Shown here in pieces: positions 25,815-34,485 of a stretch of 52,634 bases of DNA. Under the pieces are notes generated by a model. It did no database searches. It saw nothing but the letters and a program-made list of their open reading frames with translations, and was not told the origin of the DNA. Source of the DNA: Crocinitomicaceae bacterium (GTDB taxonomy: Bacteria > Bacteroidota > Bacteroidia > Flavobacteriales_D > Crocinitomicaceae). The position numbers and the translations under genes were made by a program. How positions within the stretch are numbered: the first letter of the stretch is position 1; the number at the start of each line of letters is the position of its first letter. The DNA is taken from NCBI GenBank assembly GCA_044354455.1, contig JBILAB010000001.1, positions 1-52,634 of the forward strand. Direction: 5' to 3'.

Positions 25815-26149
25815 TTTTCAGGTAAAATATTCATTTTTTCAGCAAAATGAAAGCAGTAATCTCGTAAATCTTCTGAAATCAAATGCTCACCAGTTGCTTT
25901 TTCAAAACTATCAGCCATGGTTAATAGACTTTGATGAAAAAATTGTTTCATTTCTTCAATAGTCATATCCTTTGTCCATAAGTCAATTTTCATTGTATTC
26001 TTTTCTTCTGGATTCCATATTGAAAGTAGAAATGCACTAGCATTTTGATTCTCGATTTCTCCATCGCTGGCGCTCCAATTTATTTGAATAGGAAGATTGT
26101 TTGCGTTTAAATCAACTTTAATTTTTATTTCGGATTGTTTTGAGACCAT
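25811..26149 (-). CDS. gldC: Gliding motility protein GldC
   Basis: This 112-aa ORF has the pattern SEI...V.L......P..I.WSA.DG...N..A.A.LLS.W.......M.IDLWTKDM...EMK.FFHQ.L..MAD.F..AT, which matches Flavobacterium GldC. It is adjacent to gldB. Confidence 0.85.
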   Translation of the reverse strand: MVSKQSEIKIKVDLNANNLPIQINWSASDGEIENQNASAFLLSIWNPEEKNTMKIDLWTKDMTIEEMKQFFHQSLLTMADSFEKATGEHLISEDLRDYCFHFAEKMNILPEK

Positions 26150-26159
26150 ATCTTCCTTC

Positions 26160-27173
26160 TTAGTTTGCTTTATAATTTTGTAATAGTTCGTTATAGGATT
26201 TTTTGTTTAACTCAGAGATACTAATATCATGGTTATCCATGTATTGGTGAACGATACGCCAAGCTAAAAATTGCCCTAGTCTATCAGGACTTTCATCAGG
26301 TAGTCCAATAGTAAAAGGTCCTTCATTTAAAAGATTAGACCTCGTTTTTTCATCTGTTTTGAATAGTAATTCATTTTCAACAAGGTATTTCCAAAACATG
26401 CCTTCACTTTTAAGAGCCCAATCGAACTGACTTTTAGAATAACGCAAAATTTGATTTAGTTCTTTATCAGGCATTGTTGCCTGGGTAATGTATAGAATTT
26501 TTCCCCAGCGCATCATTTCACTTGCATAATTTTCTGATGTTTCAGGAAAATAATGTGTCATTAGCCATGCAGCCATAACATCTCGTATTAAATATTCTTT
26601 CTTAATTCCGTTTTTAATCCAAGTAAAAAATTGTTCATTTGGAAGTTCTTGAATTACTTTTTCATTTGGCTCTAAATAGCGTTCAACTCCAATTGCTATT
26701 TCTTTTTCAGTGCAAAATACACTAGCTGAGAACGAAGAGTTAATAAAATAGATGTTTTCCGGTATTTTTTCTTTTGGGTAAAATACTTTGAGACGTTTAA
26801 ATGCGATTAAAAGTTCTTTTTTCTCTGATGAAAAGTCACCATGTTTTTTTTGTATAGTTCGCTCTAGTCTATTAATGTAATTATTACTGTAAAATCTCCT
26901 CAAACCATTAATATAAGATGAGTCACTTTGTAAACTTCCGCCAATGCAATAACCAAAAGTATAATCAAGTATTGATGAATTATTTCTCTTAAATTTAGAT
27001 TTTAAATTCAATAGCTCTTTATCTGTTGAGTTTCTTAATGCTGAATCAAGGTTTAAAAATTTTAAATCAATTTGTATGCCTTCTATCGAAATTTTAAATG
27101 GCTCCTGCGAACAAGCAAAAAATAAACATAGTGTCAAGAGAATTGTCGAAATTATATAAAGCCTTGTTTTCAC
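26160..27173 (-). CDS. gldB: Gliding motility lipoprotein GldB
   Basis: This 337-aa ORF has a lipoprotein signal (LTLCLFFACSQ). The C-terminal block MFWKYLVENELLF..D......L..GPF.......SPDRLGQFLAWRIV..YM.N...S..EL resembles F. johnsoniae GldB. Confidence 0.85.
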   Translation of the reverse strand: MKTRLYIISTILLTLCLFFACSQEPFKISIEGIQIDLKFLNLDSALRNSTDKELLNLKSKFKRNNSSILDYTFGYCIGGSLQSDSSYINGLRRFYSNNYINRLERTIQKKHGDFSSEKKELLIAFKRLKVFYPKEKIPENIYFINSSFSASVFCTEKEIAIGVERYLEPNEKVIQELPNEQFFTWIKNGIKKEYLIRDVMAAWLMTHYFPETSENYASEMMRWGKILYITQATMPDKELNQILRYSKSQFDWALKSEGMFWKYLVENELLFKTDEKTRSNLLNEGPFTIGLPDESPDRLGQFLAWRIVHQYMDNHDISISELNKKSYNELLQNYKAN

Positions 27174-27182
27174 TATTTTTTG

Positions 27183-27190
27183 TAATTTTG
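27183..27190 (+). promoter_or_regulatory. Candidate -7 box (TAATTTTG) for the 27222 beta-barrel gene / nadE unit
   Basis: It is an exact TAnnTTTG match 31 nt upstream of the ATG at 27222, in the divergent gldB spacer. Confidence 0.4.
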
Positions 27191-27193
27191 TTT

Positions 27194-27201
27194 CAAATTT
27201 A
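27194..27201 (-). promoter_or_regulatory. Candidate -7 box (TAAATTTG) for the gldB operon
   Basis: The reverse complement of caaattta lies 20 nt upstream of the gldB ATG (27173). Confidence 0.4.
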
Positions 27202-27221
27202 ATAATATTAAAATCATTATT

Positions 27222-28037
27222 ATGAAATCAATTAGTTTGAACTTATTAGTTGTCTTATGTTTCATCTTACTGACACCATATTTATCTCATTCACAAGGTT
27301 TCGAAAATAAAAAGATACAAGCTGGTATTACAACTAGTTTTGGTTTTAATTTTGCTAAAATGGGAACTTCTAGATTAGAGAATAATGGAGTAGGAACAAA
27401 TTTTAGTATTGGACTACTGGTTCATAAATCATTTCAAGATTCAAAAAACTTCGGGTTTTCATCGGGTTTAGAATTTGATTTTAATGCTATTAAGTTTCAG
27501 TCATCTCCCTCTTCAGACTCAATTTTTTACAATTATTCTGACACAGAAATTTTGCCATCAACTAATACATCTAAAGATCTTTTTTTGCTAGAAAGTCGCA
27601 AACATAAAATAACACAAATAACTATCCCTATTGCACTTCTTTTTAGAACAGATGCTAATGGTCATTTTCGTTATTACACAAAATTCGGGATAAAAAATTC
27701 TTTTTTGTTATCTAATAAAATGACGGATAAAGGAACAGAGATAATTAAAGGCAGTCCCACAATCTTAAAAGAAAAAGAAAACCTAAGTATGACTTCAAAA
27801 AATGAAATGTTTTTTTACCAGGCTTCACTTGGTTTATCCCTTGGAGCAGAATGGAATTTTATTGGCTCTACTTCTCTAGTTGCTGAAATAAGCTACTATT
27901 ATGGCCTTACACCTTTATTCTTGAATAGAAAAGAAGATAAAGAAACCTTGTATAATAATGTGAATGGAGAAATTTCTCCTTTTTCTAACAAGGCTACTCA
28001 AAATCAATTAGCTCTAAAATTAGCAGTCCTTTTTTAA
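27222..28037 (+). CDS. Outer-membrane beta-barrel protein (porin-family-like)
   Basis: This 271-aa ORF has a signal peptide, alternating hydrophobic beta-strand patterns and a terminal aromatic residue (LKLAVLF). Confidence 0.6.
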   Translation: MKSISLNLLVVLCFILLTPYLSHSQGFENKKIQAGITTSFGFNFAKMGTSRLENNGVGTNFSIGLLVHKSFQDSKNFGFSSGLEFDFNAIKFQSSPSSDSIFYNYSDTEILPSTNTSKDLFLLESRKHKITQITIPIALLFRTDANGHFRYYTKFGIKNSFLLSNKMTDKGTEIIKGSPTILKEKENLSMTSKNEMFFYQASLGLSLGAEWNFIGSTSLVAEISYYYGLTPLFLNRKEDKETLYNNVNGEISPFSNKATQNQLALKLAVLF

Positions 28038-28038
28038 T

Positions 28039-28818
28039 TTGAATCCAACTCAGAATTTCATATCATCTTGGTTAAATTCCTATTTGGAAAACTCAACTAT
28101 TCATGGATTTGTAGTGGGAGTTTCTGGTGGAATTGATTCTGCTTTAACATCAATTCTCTGTGCTGAAACCGGTAAAAAGGTAATCCTTTTAAATTTGCCG
28201 ATTCGTCAAACGAATGCTGAATATGACAGAGCTCAACTACATATTTCAGATTTAAAAAAACGATATTCTAATGTTGAATCTTTTATAATTAACCTAACTG
28301 AAACTTTTTCTGTTTTCGAGAAAACCCTTCCAATAGACATTAAAGAAAATAATTTAGCGCTTGCAAATTCTCGTGCTCGTTTAAGAATGACTGCTTTATA
28401 TGCTGTAGCTCAAGCAAACTCCTGCTTGGTTGTTGGAACTGGAAATAAAGTTGAAGATTTTGGACTTGGATTTTTTACGAAATACGGTGATGGTGGTGTC
28501 GATATTAGTCCAATAGCAGACTTGAGTAAATCACAAGTTTTTTCACTGGCAAAAGAGCTAAATGTAATTCCAGAAATCTTACAGGCAAAACCAACGGATG
28601 GACTTTGGGAAGATGGCAGAAGTGATGAAGATCAAATAGGTGCTTCTTATCCGGAATTGGAATGGGCTATGGATTTTTCTGGCGATATTGCAAATATTTC
28701 TCCTCGTCAAAAAGAAGTTTTAAATATTTACAAGCATTTTCATAAATCAAATGAGCATAAGATGAAACCAATTCCCTTTTGTAAAATACCAACAGATTTA
28801 CTTAAATCCCTTAGCTAA
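28039..28818 (+). CDS. nadE: Ammonia-dependent NAD+ synthetase
   Basis: This 259-aa ORF has the PP-loop GVSGGIDSA, plus NSRARLRM, GTGNK.E...G..TKYGDGG.D..P. It has a TTG start at 28039, and no in-frame ATG occurs before the PP-loop. Confidence 0.85.
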   Translation: MNPTQNFISSWLNSYLENSTIHGFVVGVSGGIDSALTSILCAETGKKVILLNLPIRQTNAEYDRAQLHISDLKKRYSNVESFIINLTETFSVFEKTLPIDIKENNLALANSRARLRMTALYAVAQANSCLVVGTGNKVEDFGLGFFTKYGDGGVDISPIADLSKSQVFSLAKELNVIPEILQAKPTDGLWEDGRSDEDQIGASYPELEWAMDFSGDIANISPRQKEVLNIYKHFHKSNEHKMKPIPFCKIPTDLLKSLS

Positions 28819-28851
28819 AATTGTACAAAAAATTTTATTTAGACAAATAAA

Positions 28852-30942
28852 ATGAAAACACTTATTTTGTTTTTATGTTTTTTTTCAAATTTAGTTTATG
28901 CTCAAGGGTTTGAAAAAGGATTTATTGCACTAAAATCAAAAAATTATCAAATTGCAGAAAGTACTTTTAGGTCTTGTGAAAAAAAACATCCATCAGCTGC
29001 AGCTTATGGCTTAGCTTCTCTTTATTTAACTAATGATTTTAAAGATAAAGACAGTGCATACAGGTATGTTTTGCTAGCTGAGAAGAAATGGCCTTCATTT
29101 GATAAAAAAAACAGGGAGAAGGCACTTTTTTATGGTTTTGATTCTCTATCAATTCAGCAGCTTAAATTAAAAGTAAGCTCTCTTTTTTATGCTATTTGTG
29201 AATCAAGTAATTTGGCTACTGATTACCAAAAATTTATCATTGAACATCCTTGGTCACCATACTGTCTTCCAGCAACCCATAAAAGAGATTCTCTGCTTTT
29301 TGAAAACACAAAAATAGTTGGGACTTCATCAGCAGTATATGATTTTATTGTTTCAAATCCAGAATCTTATTTAGTGCCTATAGCTAAAGATTTATTTGAT
29401 GATTTACAGTATTCTGAATCAACAGTTTCGGAAACTATTTTAGATTACACTTTATTTATAGAAAATTTTCCGTATAATAAAAATGTTTCAAAAGCTGAGG
29501 ATCAAATTTATGTTATTTCTGTTGCTGAAAAGTCAATTAACGCATATAAAAACTTTTTGCTTACTTTTCCTAATAATCCTAATTTTAATAAGGGTTGGAT
29601 AGAATTATATAATCTTTATACAAAAGATTGCCGTTTAGAAAATTTTAAAAATTTCGAAAAAGAATATCCTGCATTTCCATTTAAGCAGGTTTTGAAAAAT
29701 GATTTAATCGTATTTAATCATATGTATTATCCATTTTCAGAAAATAATTTGTTTGGGTATATTGACAGTAGTGGATTTGTTATGATTCCAGCAATTTATG
29801 ATGATGTTTCTTTTTTTCAAGATGGAATTGCAATTGTTACAAAAAATGGGAAATCAGGTCTTATTAATAAACGAAATGAATTGATAGTTGGATTTGATTT
29901 TGATGAAATATATGAGTTTCATAATGATTTTGCCATTGTTATGGTTTCAGATAGTTTCGGAGTAATTAATCGAATTGGATCTTTTGTTTTTCCTCTAATT
30001 TATAGAGATATTTTAATGCTTAATAATGAACTTATTGCAGCAAAAAATGAGATTGGATTTTCAATTTATAATTTAGATGGAAAAGAAAAATCTGAAATAA
30101 TATATCAAGATATTAAGCAGTTTGATGTTAATCATTTTATTGTTCAGGTAGGAGATTTTATTGGATTGTTAAACAGTAGTTTAGAATTAAAAATACCGAT
30201 TATTTATGAAGCTATTACCCCAATTAAAGATAGTATTTTTTCATATCAATCGGATGGAAAAAAGGGCTTAATTAGTAATAGTGGAAGAATAATAAGTCCT
30301 GCAGTTTATGATGATTTTTCTAACTATAACCCGCATTCTAAAACAATTATAGCAAAATTTGGACTTAAAATTTATTATTTAAATTTAGACGGCACAAAAT
30401 TTATCTCTACAGCTTTCGAGTATTTCCCAAAAGCATTGGAAAATGCTCATTTTTATGAAGGTCATGCAATTTTTTTTAAAAATAAAAAATATGGAATTAT
30501 AAATGCTCAAGGTAATGTTATCTTAAAACCTACATTTACGAGTCTAGGAAAAGTTTCTGCATTTATTCCGGTAACAAAAGCTGGAAAATGGGGTTTTATG
30601 AATATTAAAGGCACAATGATTTTAGAATATAAATTTACAGCGATTGAATCATTTTATGATCTTGGTTTTATTGTTGAACTTGAGGGTCTCATAGGACTTC
30701 TCGGAAATGATTTAAAACCATTAATTTCAATGAATCATCAGTCAATTAAGAGAATAGGAAATAATCATTTATTAGCGATGATTGATGGAAAGTTCGGCAT
30801 TTATTCAATTACTGGTGAGCAGGTTATTCCTTTCGCTTTTGATCTTATTCAATTAAATGATGCAGATTGTTTAACATTAATCAATGAAAAAGGGATATCT
30901 TATTTCTTTTTAAACAGTAGTAAATACCTTATAAAACAATGA
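28852..30942 (+). CDS. WG (KWG) repeat-containing secreted protein with a helical N-terminal region
   Basis: This 696-aa ORF has a signal peptide. It has many ~35-40 aa repeats of the form (F/W)G(Y/F/L)I(D/N)..G..(V/I)IP..YD....F..G.A.V, for example FGYIDSSGFVMIPAIYDDV and WGFMNIKGTMILEYKF. Confidence 0.7.
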   Translation: MKTLILFLCFFSNLVYAQGFEKGFIALKSKNYQIAESTFRSCEKKHPSAAAYGLASLYLTNDFKDKDSAYRYVLLAEKKWPSFDKKNREKALFYGFDSLSIQQLKLKVSSLFYAICESSNLATDYQKFIIEHPWSPYCLPATHKRDSLLFENTKIVGTSSAVYDFIVSNPESYLVPIAKDLFDDLQYSESTVSETILDYTLFIENFPYNKNVSKAEDQIYVISVAEKSINAYKNFLLTFPNNPNFNKGWIELYNLYTKDCRLENFKNFEKEYPAFPFKQVLKNDLIVFNHMYYPFSENNLFGYIDSSGFVMIPAIYDDVSFFQDGIAIVTKNGKSGLINKRNELIVGFDFDEIYEFHNDFAIVMVSDSFGVINRIGSFVFPLIYRDILMLNNELIAAKNEIGFSIYNLDGKEKSEIIYQDIKQFDVNHFIVQVGDFIGLLNSSLELKIPIIYEAITPIKDSIFSYQSDGKKGLISNSGRIISPAVYDDFSNYNPHSKTIIAKFGLKIYYLNLDGTKFISTAFEYFPKALENAHFYEGHAIFFKNKKYGIINAQGNVILKPTFTSLGKVSAFIPVTKAGKWGFMNIKGTMILEYKFTAIESFYDLGFIVELEGLIGLLGNDLKPLISMNHQSIKRIGNNHLLAMIDGKFGIYSITGEQVIPFAFDLIQLNDADCLTLINEKGISYFFLNSSKYLIKQ

Positions 30943-31703
30943 AAGGATTTTTCAATCGTCCTGAACATTTTTTTTTAGCCCTTATTGCTGCTTTTGGAGT
31001 ATATATATTACTTTTCATGTATTTTCAAATTTCCTCCTACAAGCAATATGTTTTAATTAAGCCATATAATGAGTTTTCAAAAATTGAGGAGGATAAAGAA
31101 ATAATAATAGCGAAAGAAAATATACAAGTGCCGAATCAGAATTCTGGAGATTTAAAAAATATAACTAGAAATAATCAAGATAAAAGGTCAAAATCTGAAA
31201 AAGATTGGTCTGAAAACACTTCCTCAGGTGATCCTGTCCAAACGATAAAAGATTATGAGAAAAAGTTATTTGAAGAAGCAGGAGGGGAGAAGAAAAGAGA
31301 AAAAATTGCATCAGAAGCTGAGCGAAAAAAAGCAGCTAAAAATGATAAGTCCTCAAAAACTGACTTAATCAATCAGCATTCAAAACCAAATCAATACAAT
31401 GGAAATGTTATGGTTGATTTCAGTTTAGCTGGACGAACAGCATACAATAACAATAATTGGTATATTCGAAATCCAGGTTATACTTGCGGTTATGGCGCAG
31501 CTGGCACAGTTGTAGTTCTGATAAATGTTAATTCAGATGGTAAAGTCATAAAAGTAAATTTTGATCCTTCAAAAAGCACAAATGTTTCTGAATGCATGAG
31601 AGAACAAGCTTTAAAATATGCAAATATGTCTCGATTTAATAGTGCAAATAATCTAGATTCAGAGCAATCTGGTTATATTCGCTATCAATTTGCCGCGCAA
31701 TAA
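30939..31703 (+). CDS. Membrane-anchored protein with a Lys/Glu-rich linker and a TonB-C-like C-terminal domain
   Basis: This 254-aa ORF has an N-terminal TM helix (FFLALIAAFGVYILLFMYF), a charged linker, and a C-terminus GTVVVLINVNSDGKVIKVNF...S......C..EQALKYA..SRF reminiscent of the TonB C-terminal fold. Its ATG overlaps the upstream stop (ATGA). Confidence 0.5.
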   Translation: MKGFFNRPEHFFLALIAAFGVYILLFMYFQISSYKQYVLIKPYNEFSKIEEDKEIIIAKENIQVPNQNSGDLKNITRNNQDKRSKSEKDWSENTSSGDPVQTIKDYEKKLFEEAGGEKKREKIASEAERKKAAKNDKSSKTDLINQHSKPNQYNGNVMVDFSLAGRTAYNNNNWYIRNPGYTCGYGAAGTVVVLINVNSDGKVIKVNFDPSKSTNVSECMREQALKYANMSRFNSANNLDSEQSGYIRYQFAAQ

Positions 31704-31774
31704 GTGATTAATTATTCATCCTTTTTTTGCTTAGTTTCTAAATTTCTTTTTTATTTTTACATAAAATAAGAAAT

Positions 31775-32575
31775 ATGAATATCGGAAAAAACTTAAAAGC
31801 CCTTCGAAAGTATAAAGGAATGTCTCAAGAAGAAATTGCTCAAGCACTTTCTATGAATCGTTCTACATATAGTGGCTATGAAAATGGTGTAGCATTTCCC
31901 AATATTGAAAATCTCATTTCATTTAGTGATTTTTTTCAGATTTCAATCGACGATTTAGTCAAAAAAGATTTTGCTGATTTTTCAATATACGATTGGACAA
32001 ATTATTCTGCTTCTTGGAAAGTAGAGGCAAAAGGAACACATCTTCGTGTTTTAGCTGCTCTTGTTGATCAAAATAATGAAGAAATGATAGAGATGATACC
32101 TGAAAAAGCAAGAGCTGGTTATATTACAGGTTTTTCAGACCCTGAATTCATGAAGGTGTTGCCAACTTTGCAAATACCATTTTTAAGTAAAGAACGTAAA
32201 CATAGAGCTTTTCCAATTTCAGGGGATTCAATGCCGCCTGTAAATAATGGTTCACATGTAATCGGTGAATTTTTACAAGATTGGACTCAATTGAAATCAG
32301 GAACACCGTGTATTGTAGTCACCAAAGAAGATGGTATTGTTTTTAAATTTGTCTATAATCATTTAGAGGAAAATCAATCACTTTTATTAGTTTCTTCTAA
32401 TCCTCTTTTTGAACCTTATTCAGTTTCAATTAAACAGGTGATCGAAATCTGGAAATTTTCTGCATATTTTTCGAAAGAGTTGCCTGAAGTTCAAATGGAT
32501 GCATTGCAATTAAGTTTGTCCTATCGAAATTTACACACGGATATTCAGCGAATTCTAGATAAAATAAAATCATAA
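31775..32575 (+). CDS. XRE-family HTH transcriptional regulator fused to an S24 (LexA/CI-like) peptidase domain
   Basis: This 266-aa ORF has the HTH IGKNLKALRKYKGMSQEEIAQALSMNRSTYSGYENG, a candidate Ala-Gly cleavage site (KARAGY), and the S24 serine motif ISGDSMPP with a downstream Lys-containing strand. Confidence 0.75.
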   Translation: MNIGKNLKALRKYKGMSQEEIAQALSMNRSTYSGYENGVAFPNIENLISFSDFFQISIDDLVKKDFADFSIYDWTNYSASWKVEAKGTHLRVLAALVDQNNEEMIEMIPEKARAGYITGFSDPEFMKVLPTLQIPFLSKERKHRAFPISGDSMPPVNNGSHVIGEFLQDWTQLKSGTPCIVVTKEDGIVFKFVYNHLEENQSLLLVSSNPLFEPYSVSIKQVIEIWKFSAYFSKELPEVQMDALQLSLSYRNLHTDIQRILDKIKS

Positions 32576-32651
32576 TTTTTTATTTTATTATTGTATTCTT
32601 ATTTTCTCCATACTTATTCTAAGTTTAGAGCCATTTTTCTTACTTTTGCCT

Positions 32652-32891
32652 ATGCGTCTTGTAAAACAAATTCCACATGATCGTTTTTTGATTCAAATTC
32701 ACCAATACAATGGTAAGTTTATTTTAAAAATTGAATTAAGTGGCTTTGAACAGTTATTTAAAATAGCTGAAACTGATATTTTAGATATTGAATTACTTGA
32801 AAAAAACTTAACTCCTGAATTTTTCTCAAATTGTTTAAAGCGCTTTATTTCAATGCGCGAGGACTGGAATCAATTAATAACTCAAAAATAG
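32652..32891 (+). CDS. Hypothetical small protein
   Basis: It is a 79-aa ORF counted from the ATG at 32652. The track starts at TTG 32646, which lies inside a TAnnTTTG box. I recognise no family. Confidence 0.45.
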   Translation: MRLVKQIPHDRFLIQIHQYNGKFILKIELSGFEQLFKIAETDILDIELLEKNLTPEFFSNCLKRFISMREDWNQLITQK

Positions 32892-32895
32892 AAAA

Positions 32896-33486
32896 ATGAA
32901 AAATTTTATTGCATTTTTTTCAATAGCATTAATAGTAATAGCTTGTGGTGAAAAAGATAAAACAAAAGGTGATTCAAATCCAAAAATTGAAGCACATTCA
33001 TTAGATGGATTTAAAATCGCCTATTATAATAATGATAGCATCAAAGAATATTTTGAATATTATAATCGAGAGGATGCTGCAGTAACGAAAAAGCAAAAAG
33101 CTTTTCAAGCTGAGATTGATAAAAGATCTTCAGAATTGCAAAATTATGTACAGAGAAAAGACCAGGAAGCAAGAAGTGGCTTGTTATCACAAAATGAAAT
33201 TGCTCTAGCACAACAAAAAGCCCAGCAACTGGAGTCTAATATTATGGAATATCAACAAGCTGAAGGAACTAAATTAGAAGCGGAAACTGCAAAAAAATTA
33301 GAGGAAATAAGTAATAAAATCGAGGTTCTTGGAAAAAAATACTGTGAAAAACATCAAATTGATATTTTATTCATGCACGGCAAGGGTGGCCAATTAAATT
33401 ACATCTCAGAAAAAATGGATGTCACAAAAGAATTTATTCAGTTTTTGAATGAAAATCAGGAGGAACTTGAAAAGGATTTAAAGTAA
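32896..33486 (+). CDS. OmpH/Skp family periplasmic chaperone-like lipoprotein
   Basis: This 196-aa ORF has a lipobox (LIVIACGE) and a long coiled-coil region rich in Q/E/K, typical of the OmpH family. Confidence 0.7.
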   Translation: MKNFIAFFSIALIVIACGEKDKTKGDSNPKIEAHSLDGFKIAYYNNDSIKEYFEYYNREDAAVTKKQKAFQAEIDKRSSELQNYVQRKDQEARSGLLSQNEIALAQQKAQQLESNIMEYQQAEGTKLEAETAKKLEEISNKIEVLGKKYCEKHQIDILFMHGKGGQLNYISEKMDVTKEFIQFLNENQEELEKDLK

Positions 33487-34037
33487 TGCGAGTAGCTCAG
33501 CAGAAATTTAGAGAAAATATTGCGGAATATTTGTTGTATATGTTCCAAATTGAAGATGTAATAAGGTCTTTTAATTTTGATCTTGATGCTATTTTAGATG
33601 TTTTTGTTCGGCCAACTTTAGTAGATGATTCTTTTCTTAATCAATACAAGAATTGGTATTCAGATCTAATTTCTCAAATGCAAAAGCAAGGAGTTGAGAA
33701 AGACGGGAATATAGATTCATTAAAGGAAATAATTATTGAATTAATCTATTTACACAACACACTTTTAACTGTTGTAAATGATGAAAAATACAAATCTCTC
33801 GTAGATGCTGCAGCTGAAGATATTCTTGCTTTTAAGGAGAAGTCAAATTTTCTCAAACGTCATGATATAGAAACATTGCTTCATGCAATGAATATGAAAT
33901 TACAGCTTAAAATGAGAAAGCAAGAAATTAGCCCTGAAACAGAATTGGCAATGGATAAAATGCGCGTTCAGTTAGCATATTTATCGCGGGAATACGGACG
34001 GATGAAATCTGGTGAATCAAATTTCATTCAGAATTAG
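33486..34037 (+). CDS. DUF4924 family protein
   Basis: This 183-aa ORF has an N-terminus AQQK..ENIAEYLLYMFQIEDVIR, characteristic as I recall of Bacteroidota DUF4924. Its ATG overlaps the upstream stop. Confidence 0.55.
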   Translation: MRVAQQKFRENIAEYLLYMFQIEDVIRSFNFDLDAILDVFVRPTLVDDSFLNQYKNWYSDLISQMQKQGVEKDGNIDSLKEIIIELIYLHNTLLTVVNDEKYKSLVDAAAEDILAFKEKSNFLKRHDIETLLHAMNMKLQLKMRKQEISPETELAMDKMRVQLAYLSREYGRMKSGESNFIQN

Positions 34038-34485
34038 AATAGATTGGAATCTGAGAAATTTCAATAATCTTCTTTTTTGATTGTTCTACCTTCCAATTTA
34101 TATGTTCAATTCCATTGGTTAATACAATGTATTCGCAGTTTAGCTTATTTTGGTATGAAAAAACTTGTTTATGCGCTTCCTGATTTAATTTTATGTTTGG
34201 TGCTTTACATTCCACTAAAATAATTGGCTCGAATAAATTATTAACTACTACAATGTCCCAGCGTTTTTTGAGTCCAAAGTAAATTAACTCTTTTTCTACA
34301 CTGATAAAACTTAAAGGATATTGAAGATGTAAAGAGAGAAAATTAATGTAATGTTGTCTTACCCATTCTTCGGGTGTTAAAATTATTTTTTTTTTACGAA
34401 TCAAACAATTTACGAAGATAACATTCTCTTTTCTTGTTAATGTTAAAGTTGCTTTTGGTAAATTTAGAGGAATTAGGGTTTGCAT
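34024..34485 (-). CDS. Type I restriction enzyme HsdR N-terminal domain-containing protein (stand-alone)
   Basis: This 153-aa ORF has LNLP...L.L.R........C.IRKK.I.LTPEEWVRQH..N.L and a PD-(D/E)xK-like segment DIVV......PI.LVECK, as in the small HSDR_N proteins common in Bacteroidota. Confidence 0.65.
   Translation of the reverse strand: MQTLIPLNLPKATLTLTRKENVIFVNCLIRKKKIILTPEEWVRQHYINFLSLHLQYPLSFISVEKELIYFGLKKRWDIVVVNNLFEPIILVECKAPNIKLNQEAHKQVFSYQNKLNCEYIVLTNGIEHINWKVEQSKKKIIEISQIPIYSNSE

Noticed and set aside
31704-34037. The XRE-S24 regulator region considered as a prophage or mobile-element remnant
   Set aside because: There is no integrase, recombinase, phage structural gene, flanking direct repeat or adjacent tRNA. 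The neighbouring genes (OmpH, DUF4924) are core Bacteroidota genes.
34024-34485. HsdR N-terminal domain protein considered as part of a type I restriction-modification or other defence system
   Set aside because: No HsdM, HsdS, full-length HsdR, methyltransferase or other defence gene lies nearby. Stand-alone ~150-aa HSDR_N proteins are a common conserved housekeeping-context gene in Bacteroidota.
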